A stretch of DNA of 64,000 nt from Candidatus Falkowbacteria bacterium (GTDB lineage: Bacteria > Patescibacteriota > Patescibacteriia > Patescibacteriales > UBA12465). Positions 18,656 through 27,460 of this stretch are shown here, one piece after another. The notes under the pieces were generated by a model. The model had not been told where the DNA came from. It made no database searches and saw nothing but the letters and a program-made list of their open reading frames with translations. Position numbers and translations under genes: made by a program. Location: positions 325,062-389,061 of the forward strand of contig CP066698.1 of the NCBI GenBank assembly GCA_016432645.1, written 5' to 3'. Numbering within the stretch: the first letter of the stretch is position 1; every line of letters begins with the position of its first letter.

Positions 18656-20071
18656 TTATTTCTTCTTGATTACCGACCCGGTGGCGGTATCTTCAACTAA
18701 ATAACCGGCAGTTTCAATCTCGCCGCGCAATTTATCAGCCGCTACCCAATCATGACGGCGGCGCGCCTCATTGCGCAAGCCAACTTTATTGGCAATTGCC
18801 GCCGGAAATAGCTCGGCGGTATTTACCGACTTAGCGGCCTTTAACTCGCGCGCCTCAGCGTGTAGATTAAATCCCAGCACCCTATCAAAATCTAAAATAG
18901 TCGCTAATTTATCTTCCGGCTTAAGTTTAGCTTTTAAAACAGCCGCTAAAACAGCCAGTGCTTTCGGCAAATTCAAATCATTATTAATCGCCTCTAAAAA
19001 TTTAGCTTTAAATTCAGAATTAACCTTGCCTGTCTTATTGCCCAAAGCCGCGGTTTGCTCCCATAATTTCTGCAGTCCCTGCTGGGCTTGCTTCAAACTG
19101 GCTTCGCTATATTCCATCGGCTTGCGATAATGAACTTGGCAGGCGGCAAAACGATAAGCAAGGGGGCTTAAACCCTTTTTCAAGAGAGCATTATCAATAG
19201 TTAAAAAATTATCAGCGCTCTTAGCCATCTTTTTGCCACCGGTAATATTTAAAAATGCGCCATGCAGCCAATAGTTAAAAAACTTCTTGCCGGTCGCCGC
19301 TTCCGATTGGGCAATTTCGTTGGTGTGATGAATATTAATATGATCAGCGCCACCGCAATGAATATCCAAATTTTTACTTAGATATTTCAAACTAATCGCG
19401 GAACATTCAATATGCCAACCAGGGAAACCGATTCCCCAAGGCGACTGCCATTCCATCTGGCGATTCTTCCCGACCGGCGAAAATTTCCAGAGAGCAAAAT
19501 CAGTTGGATTTTTCTTCTCGGGATTTTTTTCAACTCGCGCCCCTTCTTTTAAAGTTGCCAGCGGCAAATGGCTTAATTTATTATAATTTTTAATTTTAGC
19601 GGTATCAAAATAAAGACCGTCGCTAGTTTTATAGGTAAAACCGCCTTTCTCTAATTTGTTTATTAGCGCAATTTGCTCGGGAATATTATCAGTTACTCGG
19701 CAATATTGGCTCGGACTAGTAATATTTAAAGCGAGTAAATCTTTTTTGAAAGCAGTCTCATAAAAATCAGCAATCTCCCAAGCAGTCTTACCTTCCCGTT
19801 TGGCGCCTGCTTCCATCTTATCTTCGCCCATGTCCATATCGCCCGTTAAATGGCCGACATCAGTCACATTCATTATATGCTTTACGCGATAACTATTATA
19901 TTCTAAGGTTCTTTTTAAAAAGTCCTCAAACAAATAGGTGCGCAAATTTCCGATATGGGCAAAATTATAAACTGTCGGCCCGCAGGTATAAAGGCCGACA
20001 ACTCCCTTTTTTATTGGTTTAAAAATTTCTTTCTGACGCGTTAAGGTGTTGTATAAATAAATTTTTGGCAT
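18656..20071 (-). CDS. cysS: Cysteine--tRNA ligase
   Basis: YTCGPTVYNFAHIGNLR (HIGH region), GWHIECS and KMAKS (KMSKS) motifs. Confidence 0.95.
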   Translation of the reverse strand: MPKIYLYNTLTRQKEIFKPIKKGVVGLYTCGPTVYNFAHIGNLRTYLFEDFLKRTLEYNSYRVKHIMNVTDVGHLTGDMDMGEDKMEAGAKREGKTAWEIADFYETAFKKDLLALNITSPSQYCRVTDNIPEQIALINKLEKGGFTYKTSDGLYFDTAKIKNYNKLSHLPLATLKEGARVEKNPEKKNPTDFALWKFSPVGKNRQMEWQSPWGIGFPGWHIECSAISLKYLSKNLDIHCGGADHINIHHTNEIAQSEAATGKKFFNYWLHGAFLNITGGKKMAKSADNFLTIDNALLKKGLSPLAYRFAACQVHYRKPMEYSEASLKQAQQGLQKLWEQTAALGNKTGKVNSEFKAKFLEAINNDLNLPKALAVLAAVLKAKLKPEDKLATILDFDRVLGFNLHAEARELKAAKSVNTAELFPAAIANKVGLRNEARRRHDWVAADKLRGEIETAGYLVEDTATGSVIKKK

Positions 20072-20074
20072 ATT

Positions 20075-20602
20075 TTAAAAATTAACCGGAATTTGAAAAG
20101 AAGCGTCGTTTTCCGGCAAACCCGAAGGATTATCTTTAGAAACGATTAAATAACCGCTAGTCGCCGTGGTGGCGAATTCTAAAGTTGCCTTAAAGGGTAC
20201 TAAATTTTCGGTCATCCAATCGCTCTGCGCTTCAGCATAATGAGCGGCTATTATCTCGCCATCAGCCGCAACCAATTTAACCGGCAAAGTAGCTTCAAAA
20301 AACCAATTTCCCGGCGCTTGGCCCAGAACTTCCAAAGGAGAGCTAACTATCGCTGCCGACAAAGGCTGAAAAATAGAAACTGTCGGCACGGTGCTGGTGG
20401 CAGTCTGTTCCGGAATAACCACGTCAACTTCATTAGTATTGTCGGTAGTGGTGCTAGCCGGCAGCGTTTGTTCAGAAACAACCAACGGCACTAAATTTTC
20501 ATTTTTATTTTTTTCCTTATCAAAAAGCTGGAGCACTCTTAAAGAAATCGCCGAAACTAAAATTATCGCCACAATAATTAATAAAAATTGTTCTTTTTTC
20601 AT
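20075..20602 (-). CDS. Secreted protein with a Gmad2-type Ig-like domain
   Basis: N-terminal signal/TM (LLIIVAIILVSAISL). The C-terminal LEVLGQAPGNWFFEATLPVKLVAADGEIIA..AQSDWMTENLVPFKATLEF resembles the Gmad2 Ig-like domain as I recall it. Confidence 0.5.
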   Translation of the reverse strand: MKKEQFLLIIVAIILVSAISLRVLQLFDKEKNKNENLVPLVVSEQTLPASTTTDNTNEVDVVIPEQTATSTVPTVSIFQPLSAAIVSSPLEVLGQAPGNWFFEATLPVKLVAADGEIIAAHYAEAQSDWMTENLVPFKATLEFATTATSGYLIVSKDNPSGLPENDASFQIPVNF

Positions 20603-20656
20603 ATTATTAAAACCTAAGAATGTTTAATTCTCTTTTATAATTTTAACACATTAGGC

Positions 20657-20688
20657 AAAAAAAGTCCGCATTCTTTGAAAACGCGGAC
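20657..20688 (-). terminator. Intrinsic terminator after the 152-aa gene
   Basis: Stem GTCCGC/GCGGAC (20664-20669 / 20683-20688) is followed on the minus strand by U7 (A-run 20657-20663). Confidence 0.55.
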
Positions 20689-20715
20689 CAGTGGAAGGCA
20701 GTTGCCAAGGAGGTA

Positions 20716-21174
20716 TTAGGCAAAGGCTTCCTGATAGTTTTTGTGGGTGGACTTAAAGATTCCCACAATTTTTTGTGCTTGCGGACGGCGCATGTAGCTC
20801 ACCATTAGCATAAAATCGCTAATGGCATGCAATTCGCCACTACGAGCCGACTTCAACTCTTCCCGACAAACAGGGTCATTACAGCATAATAGACCGCCGT
20901 TAACAGTGCCAAAATCCGGCAGCAAAAAATTCATAACTTTAGCGGCCTTACAATAAGGACAATCCTTAGTTACATCGATTCCCCGAATTTTTTCTAAGAG
21001 ATTTTCTACTGCCAATTGCAGCTGATTAGGAGTTTTTATCGCCGTCTTATTTTTAAAAGACCGCTGATAAAGTCGGGCGATATGGATTGGGTCTTTCAAA
21101 AAAACTTGCTCCACAGAAAAATTTTTATATACCCCACTCTGGAACACATAAGAATATTCTTGCTTCTCGGCCAT
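20716..21174 (-). CDS. Hypothetical Cys-rich protein (putative zinc-ribbon)
   Basis: 152 aa containing CPYC...CCNDPVC. No family is recognised. Confidence 0.5.
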   Translation of the reverse strand: MAEKQEYSYVFQSGVYKNFSVEQVFLKDPIHIARLYQRSFKNKTAIKTPNQLQLAVENLLEKIRGIDVTKDCPYCKAAKVMNFLLPDFGTVNGGLLCCNDPVCREELKSARSGELHAISDFMLMVSYMRRPQAQKIVGIFKSTHKNYQEAFA

Positions 21175-21249
21175 GACTAAAAGTTTTAGTTAGTAATATT
21201 GTTTGAGAACTAATTTATCTTTAACACGAAACTTGAAAAAAATCAAGAG

Positions 21250-21282
21250 AAAATAAAAAAGGGCAGAGTTTAATCTCTACCC
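21250..21282 (-). terminator. Intrinsic terminator ending the ORF-less transcription unit
   Basis: Minus strand reads GGGUAGAG-AUUAAA-CUCUGCCC (8-bp stem with one G-U pair) followed by UUUUUUAUUUU. Confidence 0.7.
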
Positions 21283-21470
21283 TTAAGTTCTTGGTGAGGA
21301 GGCTCATCTCCTAAACCTTAAACGTTTGACGCGGAACCTGAGTTCCAAATGGGGCTGTTTGCCCACCCAGGAAGCCTTATTTCAAGCATATTTTTTGTCT
21401 TTTCTTATCCCGAAAGGCTGATGGCGTCGGCATTCTTGCATTCTTTATGAACACTTATGAACAAAGCACT
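21256..21470 (-). ncRNA. Candidate structured RNA (about 215 nt): independent sRNA or riboswitch-like leader, class unknown
   Basis: It is bounded by a near-consensus promoter and a strong terminator and contains no credible ORF. Nested helices are visible by eye: GACGC/GCGUC closes a junction holding AGCCUU..AAGGCU, GGGC-AAACA-GCCC and GGAAC-UCAG-GUUCC, followed by AGGAG-AUGAGC-CUCCU. The ends are approximate. Confidence 0.4.
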
Positions 21471-21476
21471 GCGGAT

Positions 21477-21505
21477 AGTATACTACAAAGAAAAATATAT
21501 GTCAA
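21477..21505 (-). promoter_or_regulatory. Promoter TTGACA-N17-TATACT driving the ORF-less unit
   Basis: The reverse complement of 21500-21505 is TTGACA and of 21477-21482 is TATACT, with a 17-nt spacer. Confidence 0.65.
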
Positions 21506-21570
21506 TAGTAAAAACGACTTATAAATATAAATGGCTTTTTTGTCAAATATGAGCAAAAATACTAAGTATA

Positions 21571-21579
21571 TGCTATAAT
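21571..21579 (+). promoter_or_regulatory. Extended -10 element TGCTATAAT, 6 nt upstream of the rnhB ATG (predicted leaderless mRNA)
   Basis: TGC is at 21571-21573, TATAAT at 21574-21579 and ATG at 21586. No SD can fit in that space. Confidence 0.5.
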
Positions 21580-21585
21580 TTCCTT

Positions 21586-22206
21586 ATGTTAAACCTAGAA
21601 ACAGAAAATAATTTTTTTAAACTCGGCTACCAGCTGATTGGCGGTGTGGATGAAGCTGGGCGCGGTCCTTTAGCCGGGCCGGTGGTCGCGGCTTGCGTAG
21701 TTATTGGCCCGGATTTTAAAATAGAACCGGGAGATTTAGAACTGGTTGCCGATTCTAAAAAGCTCTCCGCTAAAAAACGAGAGCTTATCTTCAAGGCCAT
21801 CAGAGAGAAGGTGCTAGCTGTTGAAATTGGCGTCGTGAGCCACGAAGACATTGATAAAATAAATATTTTACAAGCCAGTTTTTTGGCAATGAGGCGCGCC
21901 ATCAAAAAATTAAAAATTGAACCAGATTATATTTTGCTGGACGGCGGCTTTAAAATACCTAAATTAACGAAACCACAGACCGCTATTATAAAAGGCGATG
22001 CTAAAGTTTGGGTAATTGCTGCTGCTTCTATTATTGCCAAAGTCAGCCGTGACTGGATAATGACGGAGGCCGATAAAGAATATCCACAATATTTATTCGC
22101 CAAGCATAAAGGCTACGGAACCAAGGAACATTTAGCGATGATAGAAAAATATGGCCCCTGCCCTATTCATCGCCGTTCTTTTGCGCCAATAAAAGATATG
22201 CCTTAA
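21586..22206 (+). CDS. rnhB: Ribonuclease HII
   Basis: IGGVDEAGRGPLAGPVVAA, DSKKLS and KGYGT..H motifs. 206 aa. Confidence 0.9.
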   Translation: MLNLETENNFFKLGYQLIGGVDEAGRGPLAGPVVAACVVIGPDFKIEPGDLELVADSKKLSAKKRELIFKAIREKVLAVEIGVVSHEDIDKINILQASFLAMRRAIKKLKIEPDYILLDGGFKIPKLTKPQTAIIKGDAKVWVIAAASIIAKVSRDWIMTEADKEYPQYLFAKHKGYGTKEHLAMIEKYGPCPIHRRSFAPIKDMP

Positions 22207-22220
22207 TTCTCAATCTAGTA

Positions 22221-22250
22221 AAACAAAAACCGCCTAACCGGCGGTTTTTA
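22221..22250. terminator. Bidirectional intrinsic terminator between rnhB and typA
   Basis: Stem AACCGCC/GGCGGTT (22228-22234 / 22240-22246) has an A-run upstream and a T-run downstream. Confidence 0.65.
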
Positions 22251-22270
22251 TATTTTACTTTTCAAAAAAT

Positions 22271-24055
22271 TTATCTTTTAGCGCGGGCGCGTTCAACTTC
22301 AGTTAGATACTGCTTGCGCATGCGGATGCTTTTGGGTGTTACTTCCAAATATTCATCATCGTTAATAATGCTTAGGCCTCTTTCCAGGCTTAATTCCCAA
22401 GGCGGAGTTAAAGTAATGGCTTCATCGGAACCGGAAGCGCGGACATTGGTGAGCTTTTTGCCCTTAATCGGATTGACAGCCATATCATTACCCTTGGCGA
22501 CATTGCCAAGCACCATGCCTTCATAAACTTCAGTATTGGGCTGGATATATAAAACGCCGCGATCTTGAAGATTCCATAAAGAATAAGCAAGCGCCTTGCC
22601 GGTAACCATGGAAACCATTGAACCAAGAGCACTTCTTTCAATCTCGCCCGCCCAAGGACGGAAACCTAAAAAATGAGTGCATAAAATTCCTTCCCCGCGC
22701 GTATCAACCACAAATTCTTCACGATAACCGAGTAAGCCGCGAGTTGGAATTGCAAAAATAATCCGAGTCTGGCCATTATGAGTTTTCATATCAGTTAACT
22801 GGCCTTTGCGCTTAGACATTTTTTCAATAATCACGCCGGAAGAAGTCTCGGGAATATCGATACTCGCTTCTTCATAAGGCTCCATTTGAATCCCATTTTC
22901 TTCTTTAATAATTACTTGGGGCTGGGAAACCTGAAGCTCAAAACCTTCCCGGCGCATATTTTCCAATAAGACGGCGATATGTAATTCACCGCGGCCGTAA
23001 ACTTTATAGGAATTGGTGTCAGAGAAATCAATTTTTAAACCGACATTAACTTCCAATTCTTTTTCCAAGCGCTCCTTAATTTGTCGATTAGTGACAAACT
23101 TCCCTTCGCGTCCGGCAAATGGCGAATTATTAACTAGAAAACTTAAGCAGATAGTCGGCTCATCAATATTGATTGCCGGCAACGGCTCTTGGCTGGCGCT
23201 GGCGCAAATCGTTTCGCCAATATAAATATCTGATAAGCCGGCGATTAAAACAATATCGCCCACGGAGGCCTCTGTTGATTCCTGTCTAGCCAGGCCTTTA
23301 AAAGTAAAGAGTTTAGTAACCTTCCCGGAGCGATCTTGATTGGCCAAATTCTTAACCACCACTTGTTGGCCGCTCTGAATCTTGCCTTGATAAATTCTGG
23401 CAATCGCGCAGCGTCCTAAAAAATTATCATAAGCTAAATTAAAAGGCTGGGCGAGTAAAGGTTCGGCTAAAGCCTCAGCACTGGAAGCCGGGACGACATG
23501 GTCTAAAATAGTATCTAAAAGCGGGTTAAGATTATCAACTAATTCATCAGCCTTGAGCCCGGCTAAACCGCCCTTGCTGATGGTATAAACCACTGGGAAA
23601 TTAAGCTGTTCATCATTGGCTCCCAAATCTAAAAATAATTCATAAACCATTTCCGCTACTTCCGCGGGACGGGCGGCTGGTTTATCAACCTTATTAATAA
23701 CCACAATCGGCTTCAAGCCCAACTCCAAAGATTTTTTTAAAACAAATTTAGTCTGCGGCATCGGCCCCTCCTGCGCATCAACAACTAATAAAACAGAGTC
23801 AATGGAACGCAAAACCCGCTCCACTTCGGAACTAAAGTCGGCATGCCCCGGAGTATCAACGATATTTATCTTGGAATCCTTATAAAAAAGACTGGCATTT
23901 TTAGCGTAAATAGTGATGCCGCGTTCCTGCTCAATTGAGTTGCTGTCCATAGTGGTATTGTCAGTAACCATCCCGGTCTGGCGCAGAAGCGAATCGGTTA
24001 AAGTTGTTTTGCCGTGATCAACGTGGGCAATAATCGCAATATTTCTAATATCCAT
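22271..24055 (-). CDS. typA: Translational GTPase TypA/BipA
   Basis: NIAIIAHVDHGKTTL, DTPGHADF and NKVD G-motifs. 594 aa with BipA-type C-terminal architecture. Confidence 0.95.
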   Translation of the reverse strand: MDIRNIAIIAHVDHGKTTLTDSLLRQTGMVTDNTTMDSNSIEQERGITIYAKNASLFYKDSKINIVDTPGHADFSSEVERVLRSIDSVLLVVDAQEGPMPQTKFVLKKSLELGLKPIVVINKVDKPAARPAEVAEMVYELFLDLGANDEQLNFPVVYTISKGGLAGLKADELVDNLNPLLDTILDHVVPASSAEALAEPLLAQPFNLAYDNFLGRCAIARIYQGKIQSGQQVVVKNLANQDRSGKVTKLFTFKGLARQESTEASVGDIVLIAGLSDIYIGETICASASQEPLPAINIDEPTICLSFLVNNSPFAGREGKFVTNRQIKERLEKELEVNVGLKIDFSDTNSYKVYGRGELHIAVLLENMRREGFELQVSQPQVIIKEENGIQMEPYEEASIDIPETSSGVIIEKMSKRKGQLTDMKTHNGQTRIIFAIPTRGLLGYREEFVVDTRGEGILCTHFLGFRPWAGEIERSALGSMVSMVTGKALAYSLWNLQDRGVLYIQPNTEVYEGMVLGNVAKGNDMAVNPIKGKKLTNVRASGSDEAITLTPPWELSLERGLSIINDDEYLEVTPKSIRMRKQYLTEVERARAKR

Positions 24056-24100
24056 AATTTTAGATGCTTTTTAAGCAATGATTAACTGTAATTTTTCAAA

Positions 24101-24132
24101 CAGAAAACGCGACCGTTAGTCGCGCTTTTCTG
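24101..24132 (-). terminator. Intrinsic terminator after hisS
   Basis: A long imperfect palindrome CAGAAAACGCGAC-CGTTA-GTCGCGCTTTTCTG, with the GC-rich core followed by a U-rich tract on the minus strand. Confidence 0.55.
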
Positions 24133-24171
24133 ACAAACTTGTCTCTATAATACATTGATAATCATTTTATG

Positions 24172-25458
24172 TCAAGACACGACCTCTTCTTTACCAGTTT
24201 TCATGTCTTTAATTTTATATTTGTGTTTTTTATTCTCATCTTCGCCAAAAATTACCACTTTAGCGAATCCTTTCTTATTGGCAAAATCCAGCGCCTTACC
24301 AATTTTTTGCTCCTCTAGGCCAGCAAAGACCTGCTTCCCGGCGGCGCGTAATTTTTTAATCAGCTTTTGCGACTCTAAATATAAATCACGGCTTAAAAGC
24401 GGGAAATAATATTTTTCCTGAGCGCCAAAACGATTTTCATCAATTAAATTCCAATTTTCTAAAAATATTTTAGTGACCTCATCTCCGGGAGCAAAACCGA
24501 CAGCTGGAAAATTCTTTTCGCCGAATATTTCCGCCAAGCCATTATAGCGGCCGCCGCCGAACATAGAACGATTGTTTTCCGGATGCTTATCAATCGCTTC
24601 AAAAACTAAGCCATCATAATAATCAAAACCGCGGATAACCGAGGGATCAAATTCTACCAAGCTGCCATAGCCTAAATCGTTTAAATTTTTTATTGCTCCG
24701 GCAATTTCTAAAAATCCGGCGTTATTTTTTAGGGCCGGCAAATTTTTGGCTAATTCCGCCAAACTGGTGCTGGTCATAAATTCTTCCAAAATAGTGCTGG
24801 CTTCCGATTTTAAACCGGCCGCAGCTAATCGTTCGCGGATTGCGCTGAGCGGCAACTTTTTCCATTTATCCAGAGTCCGCACGACCGCCGCTTTATTTTC
24901 CGCTTTTAGTTTTCCGGCACCGGATAATTCTAAAACACCGTCAATCAGCCGGCGGCTATTTAGATGCAAAGCAAAAGAATTTTTTGGCGGTTTAAATTCT
25001 AAAACTAAATCTAAGGCCAAACATAGTATTTCTAAATCAGAGGCTGGGTCGGCGCTGCCAAAAATATCACAATTAAGCTGCCAGAATTCGCGATTCCGTC
25101 CGCGCTGCGGTTTTTCATTGCGCATAAAGTTGGCAATGGAAAAATATTTAAGCGGTTTCGGACTAGCGGCATAAACTTTAGAAACCATGCGCACCACCGA
25201 CGGTGTCATTTCTGGCCGGATAGATAATTCCCGACCACCTAAATCTGAAAAAGTAACGAGCTCTTTGCCGCCGACATCTTCCCCGGATTTAGCGCGATAG
25301 ATTTCCGCGCTTTCAACAATCGGGGTTAAATATTCTTCAAAGCCATAGCGCAAACAAACCCGGCGCCAGCAATCAAAGATATATTTACGCACGGCGAATT
25401 CTGCCGGAATCCAATCCAGAGTGCCCTTAGGCTCTTGTTTTGATAAAACTTTAGTCAT
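24172..25458 (-). CDS. hisS: Histidine--tRNA ligase
   Basis: Class II motifs including FMRNEKPQRGRNREFWQLNCDIFG and GGGRYNGL. 428 aa. Confidence 0.95.
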   Translation of the reverse strand: MTKVLSKQEPKGTLDWIPAEFAVRKYIFDCWRRVCLRYGFEEYLTPIVESAEIYRAKSGEDVGGKELVTFSDLGGRELSIRPEMTPSVVRMVSKVYAASPKPLKYFSIANFMRNEKPQRGRNREFWQLNCDIFGSADPASDLEILCLALDLVLEFKPPKNSFALHLNSRRLIDGVLELSGAGKLKAENKAAVVRTLDKWKKLPLSAIRERLAAAGLKSEASTILEEFMTSTSLAELAKNLPALKNNAGFLEIAGAIKNLNDLGYGSLVEFDPSVIRGFDYYDGLVFEAIDKHPENNRSMFGGGRYNGLAEIFGEKNFPAVGFAPGDEVTKIFLENWNLIDENRFGAQEKYYFPLLSRDLYLESQKLIKKLRAAGKQVFAGLEEQKIGKALDFANKKGFAKVVIFGEDENKKHKYKIKDMKTGKEEVVS

Positions 25459-25587
25459 AAATTTATGATACTATTTTCTTATTTTTTAAGCAAATATCTC
25501 CATAAAATGATTTTATCTTAAAAATATAAAAAAATTAAGCTTAGTTTAAGAGTCGCTTGTTATAATTAGTTAATAAAAAATAAAAAT

Positions 25588-26268
25588 ATGAAAATCTTAA
25601 TTATTGAAGACAACCCGGGAATCGTCCAATTCCTAAAAAAGAGTCTCAGCGCCAAATCATTTCTGGTTGAAGATGCCAGCGACGGCGAACGCGGCGCCTT
25701 TATGGCCCGAACCGGCAATTATGATTTGATTATTCTGGATAATTCCCTGCCAAAAATGTCGGGCCTGGAAATTTTAAAAGAAATTCGCCAGGAAAAAAAA
25801 TATTTACCGGTCATAATGCTGACCGTTAAAGCGGAATTAGACGATAAAAAAACCGCCTTTGATTTAGGAGCGGATGATTACCTGAGCAAACCATTTTTAT
25901 TGGAAGAGCTGATTATGCGCATTGAGGCGCTGCTTAGAAGACCAAGTTATATTGAAAAATCGATAAGCCGGCTTGGTAATTTAATATTGGATTCTAAAAT
26001 TGGCTGTTTTAAACGAGCCGGCAAAGAGCTCTATTTAACTAGGCGTGAACACGGCTTACTGGAATATCTTTTGCGCCGTAAAAATGAAATTGTTTCCCGG
26101 GGGGAAATTTTAGAAAATGTTTGGAACTATAATGCCGACCCCTTTTCTAGCTCAATCGAAACGCACATCGCCAGCCTGAGACGGAAATTAAATCGGGGCA
26201 ACGAACGCAACCTTATCCATACTTTTTCCGGACGCGGCTATAAATTAGCGCTCAAAAAAATGGATTGA
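25588..26268 (+). CDS. OmpR/PhoB-family response regulator (receiver + winged helix)
   Basis: MKILIIEDN..DLIILDNSLPKMSGLE receiver domain and a C-terminal LTRREHGLLEYLLRR...IHTFSGRGYKL winged-helix domain. No histidine kinase is adjacent. Confidence 0.9.
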   Translation: MKILIIEDNPGIVQFLKKSLSAKSFLVEDASDGERGAFMARTGNYDLIILDNSLPKMSGLEILKEIRQEKKYLPVIMLTVKAELDDKKTAFDLGADDYLSKPFLLEELIMRIEALLRRPSYIEKSISRLGNLILDSKIGCFKRAGKELYLTRREHGLLEYLLRRKNEIVSRGEILENVWNYNADPFSSSIETHIASLRRKLNRGNERNLIHTFSGRGYKLALKKMD

Positions 26269-27444
26269 TTAAGGAAGAAATTTTTTCCCCTTAATTTTTT
26301 CCGGTAAATATTCTTGATTGGAATCATCTTGATGCGGCGTATATTTATAATTTTTACCATAATCCAGTTCCTTCATTAACTTGGTCGGGGCGTTGCGCAG
26401 ATAAAGCGGTACCGGCAGATTGCCGCTTCTTTGAACCTCGGCCTGGGCGGATAAATAAGCCTCGTAGACAGCCACGCTCTTAGGGGATTTGGCTAAATAA
26501 GCAACGCAATGCGCCAAGTTAACCGCACATTCAGGCAGGCCGATTTTGTGACAGGCTTCATAAGCGGCAGTCGCCAGCATCAAGGCGCTATTATTGGCTA
26601 AGCCAATATCTTCCGAGGCAAATCTAATTAGACGCCGCGCTACATAAAGTGGGTCCTCCCCCGCCTCCAGCATCCGCGCCAAATAATAAATAGCGGCGTC
26701 GGCATTATTCCCGCGCATTGATTTATGAAGTGCGGAAATTAAATTATAATGCTCCTCGCCCTTTTTATCATACAAAAGTCCGGGCTTATTAATAATATCT
26801 TTAATGAGCTGAGCGGTTATTTCTCCTTGGTGGTTATAAGCGCTTTCTAAAATACCAAGCGCTTTACGGGCGTCGCCATTCGCCATCTGAGAGATTAAGC
26901 CGCTGATTTCTTTATTCAATTTAATATCTAAACGCTTGGCGGCTAATTTGATAATTTTTTCCAAACTAGCGGGCTCTAAAGCTTCCAAAACCACAACTTT
27001 AACGCGCGACAAAAGCGCGCCATTAACCGCGAAGCTGGGATTTTCGGTAGTGGCGCCAATCAGCGTAATCGTTCCATTTTCCACCTGCGGCAACAACGCG
27101 TCCTGCTGTGCTTTATTCCAACGATGAATTTCATCAATAAACAAAAAAGTTTTTTGGCCTAGACGCTGACTGCTCTTGGCGCGATCGACGACGACTTTTA
27201 AATCCTTAATCCCGCTTTCCGTAGCACTGAATTCCACAAACTCCGCCTTGGTTTCTTTGGCAATAATAAAAGCCAGAGTCGTTTTGCCGCTTCCCGGCGG
27301 ACCCCAAAAAATAAGCGAAGGCACCCGGTCTTCTTTAATCGCTTGATAAAGCCAGGTATTTGCCCCGATAATTTTTTCTTGGCCGATGAATTCCGCTAGT
27401 TTTTGCGGGCGGAAATAAGTCGCCAAAGGCATGTTTTCCCACAT
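26269..27444 (-). CDS. rarA: Replication-associated recombination protein A (AAA+ ATPase)
   Basis: LIFWGPPGSGKTTLA Walker A, FIDEIHRWNK Walker B, and the MgsA C-terminal region HYNLISALHKSMRG. Confidence 0.9.
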   Translation of the reverse strand: MWENMPLATYFRPQKLAEFIGQEKIIGANTWLYQAIKEDRVPSLIFWGPPGSGKTTLAFIIAKETKAEFVEFSATESGIKDLKVVVDRAKSSQRLGQKTFLFIDEIHRWNKAQQDALLPQVENGTITLIGATTENPSFAVNGALLSRVKVVVLEALEPASLEKIIKLAAKRLDIKLNKEISGLISQMANGDARKALGILESAYNHQGEITAQLIKDIINKPGLLYDKKGEEHYNLISALHKSMRGNNADAAIYYLARMLEAGEDPLYVARRLIRFASEDIGLANNSALMLATAAYEACHKIGLPECAVNLAHCVAYLAKSPKSVAVYEAYLSAQAEVQRSGNLPVPLYLRNAPTKLMKELDYGKNYKYTPHQDDSNQEYLPEKIKGKKFLP

Positions 27445-27460
27445 AATTTAAATATAGCAT

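Noticed and set aside
21256-21470. Assigning the structured RNA to SRP RNA, 6S RNA, RNase P RNA, tmRNA, or a ZTP/fluoride/guanidine riboswitch
   Set aside because: There is no GNRA-capped helix-8-like element with AGCA/GGAA loops, no GAAAGUCC-type RNase P motif, no tag ORF and no CCGCCUGGGC-type ZTP 3' element. Some short resemblances exist (CUGUUUGCC, GGAGAUG..CUCC) but they are not in the right context. A 6S-type fold cannot be excluded without folding software.
25459-25587. T-box leaders upstream of hisS, cysS and asnS
   Set aside because: The upstream regions are short (128 nt or less), AT-rich, and lack a specifier stem or the T-box consensus.
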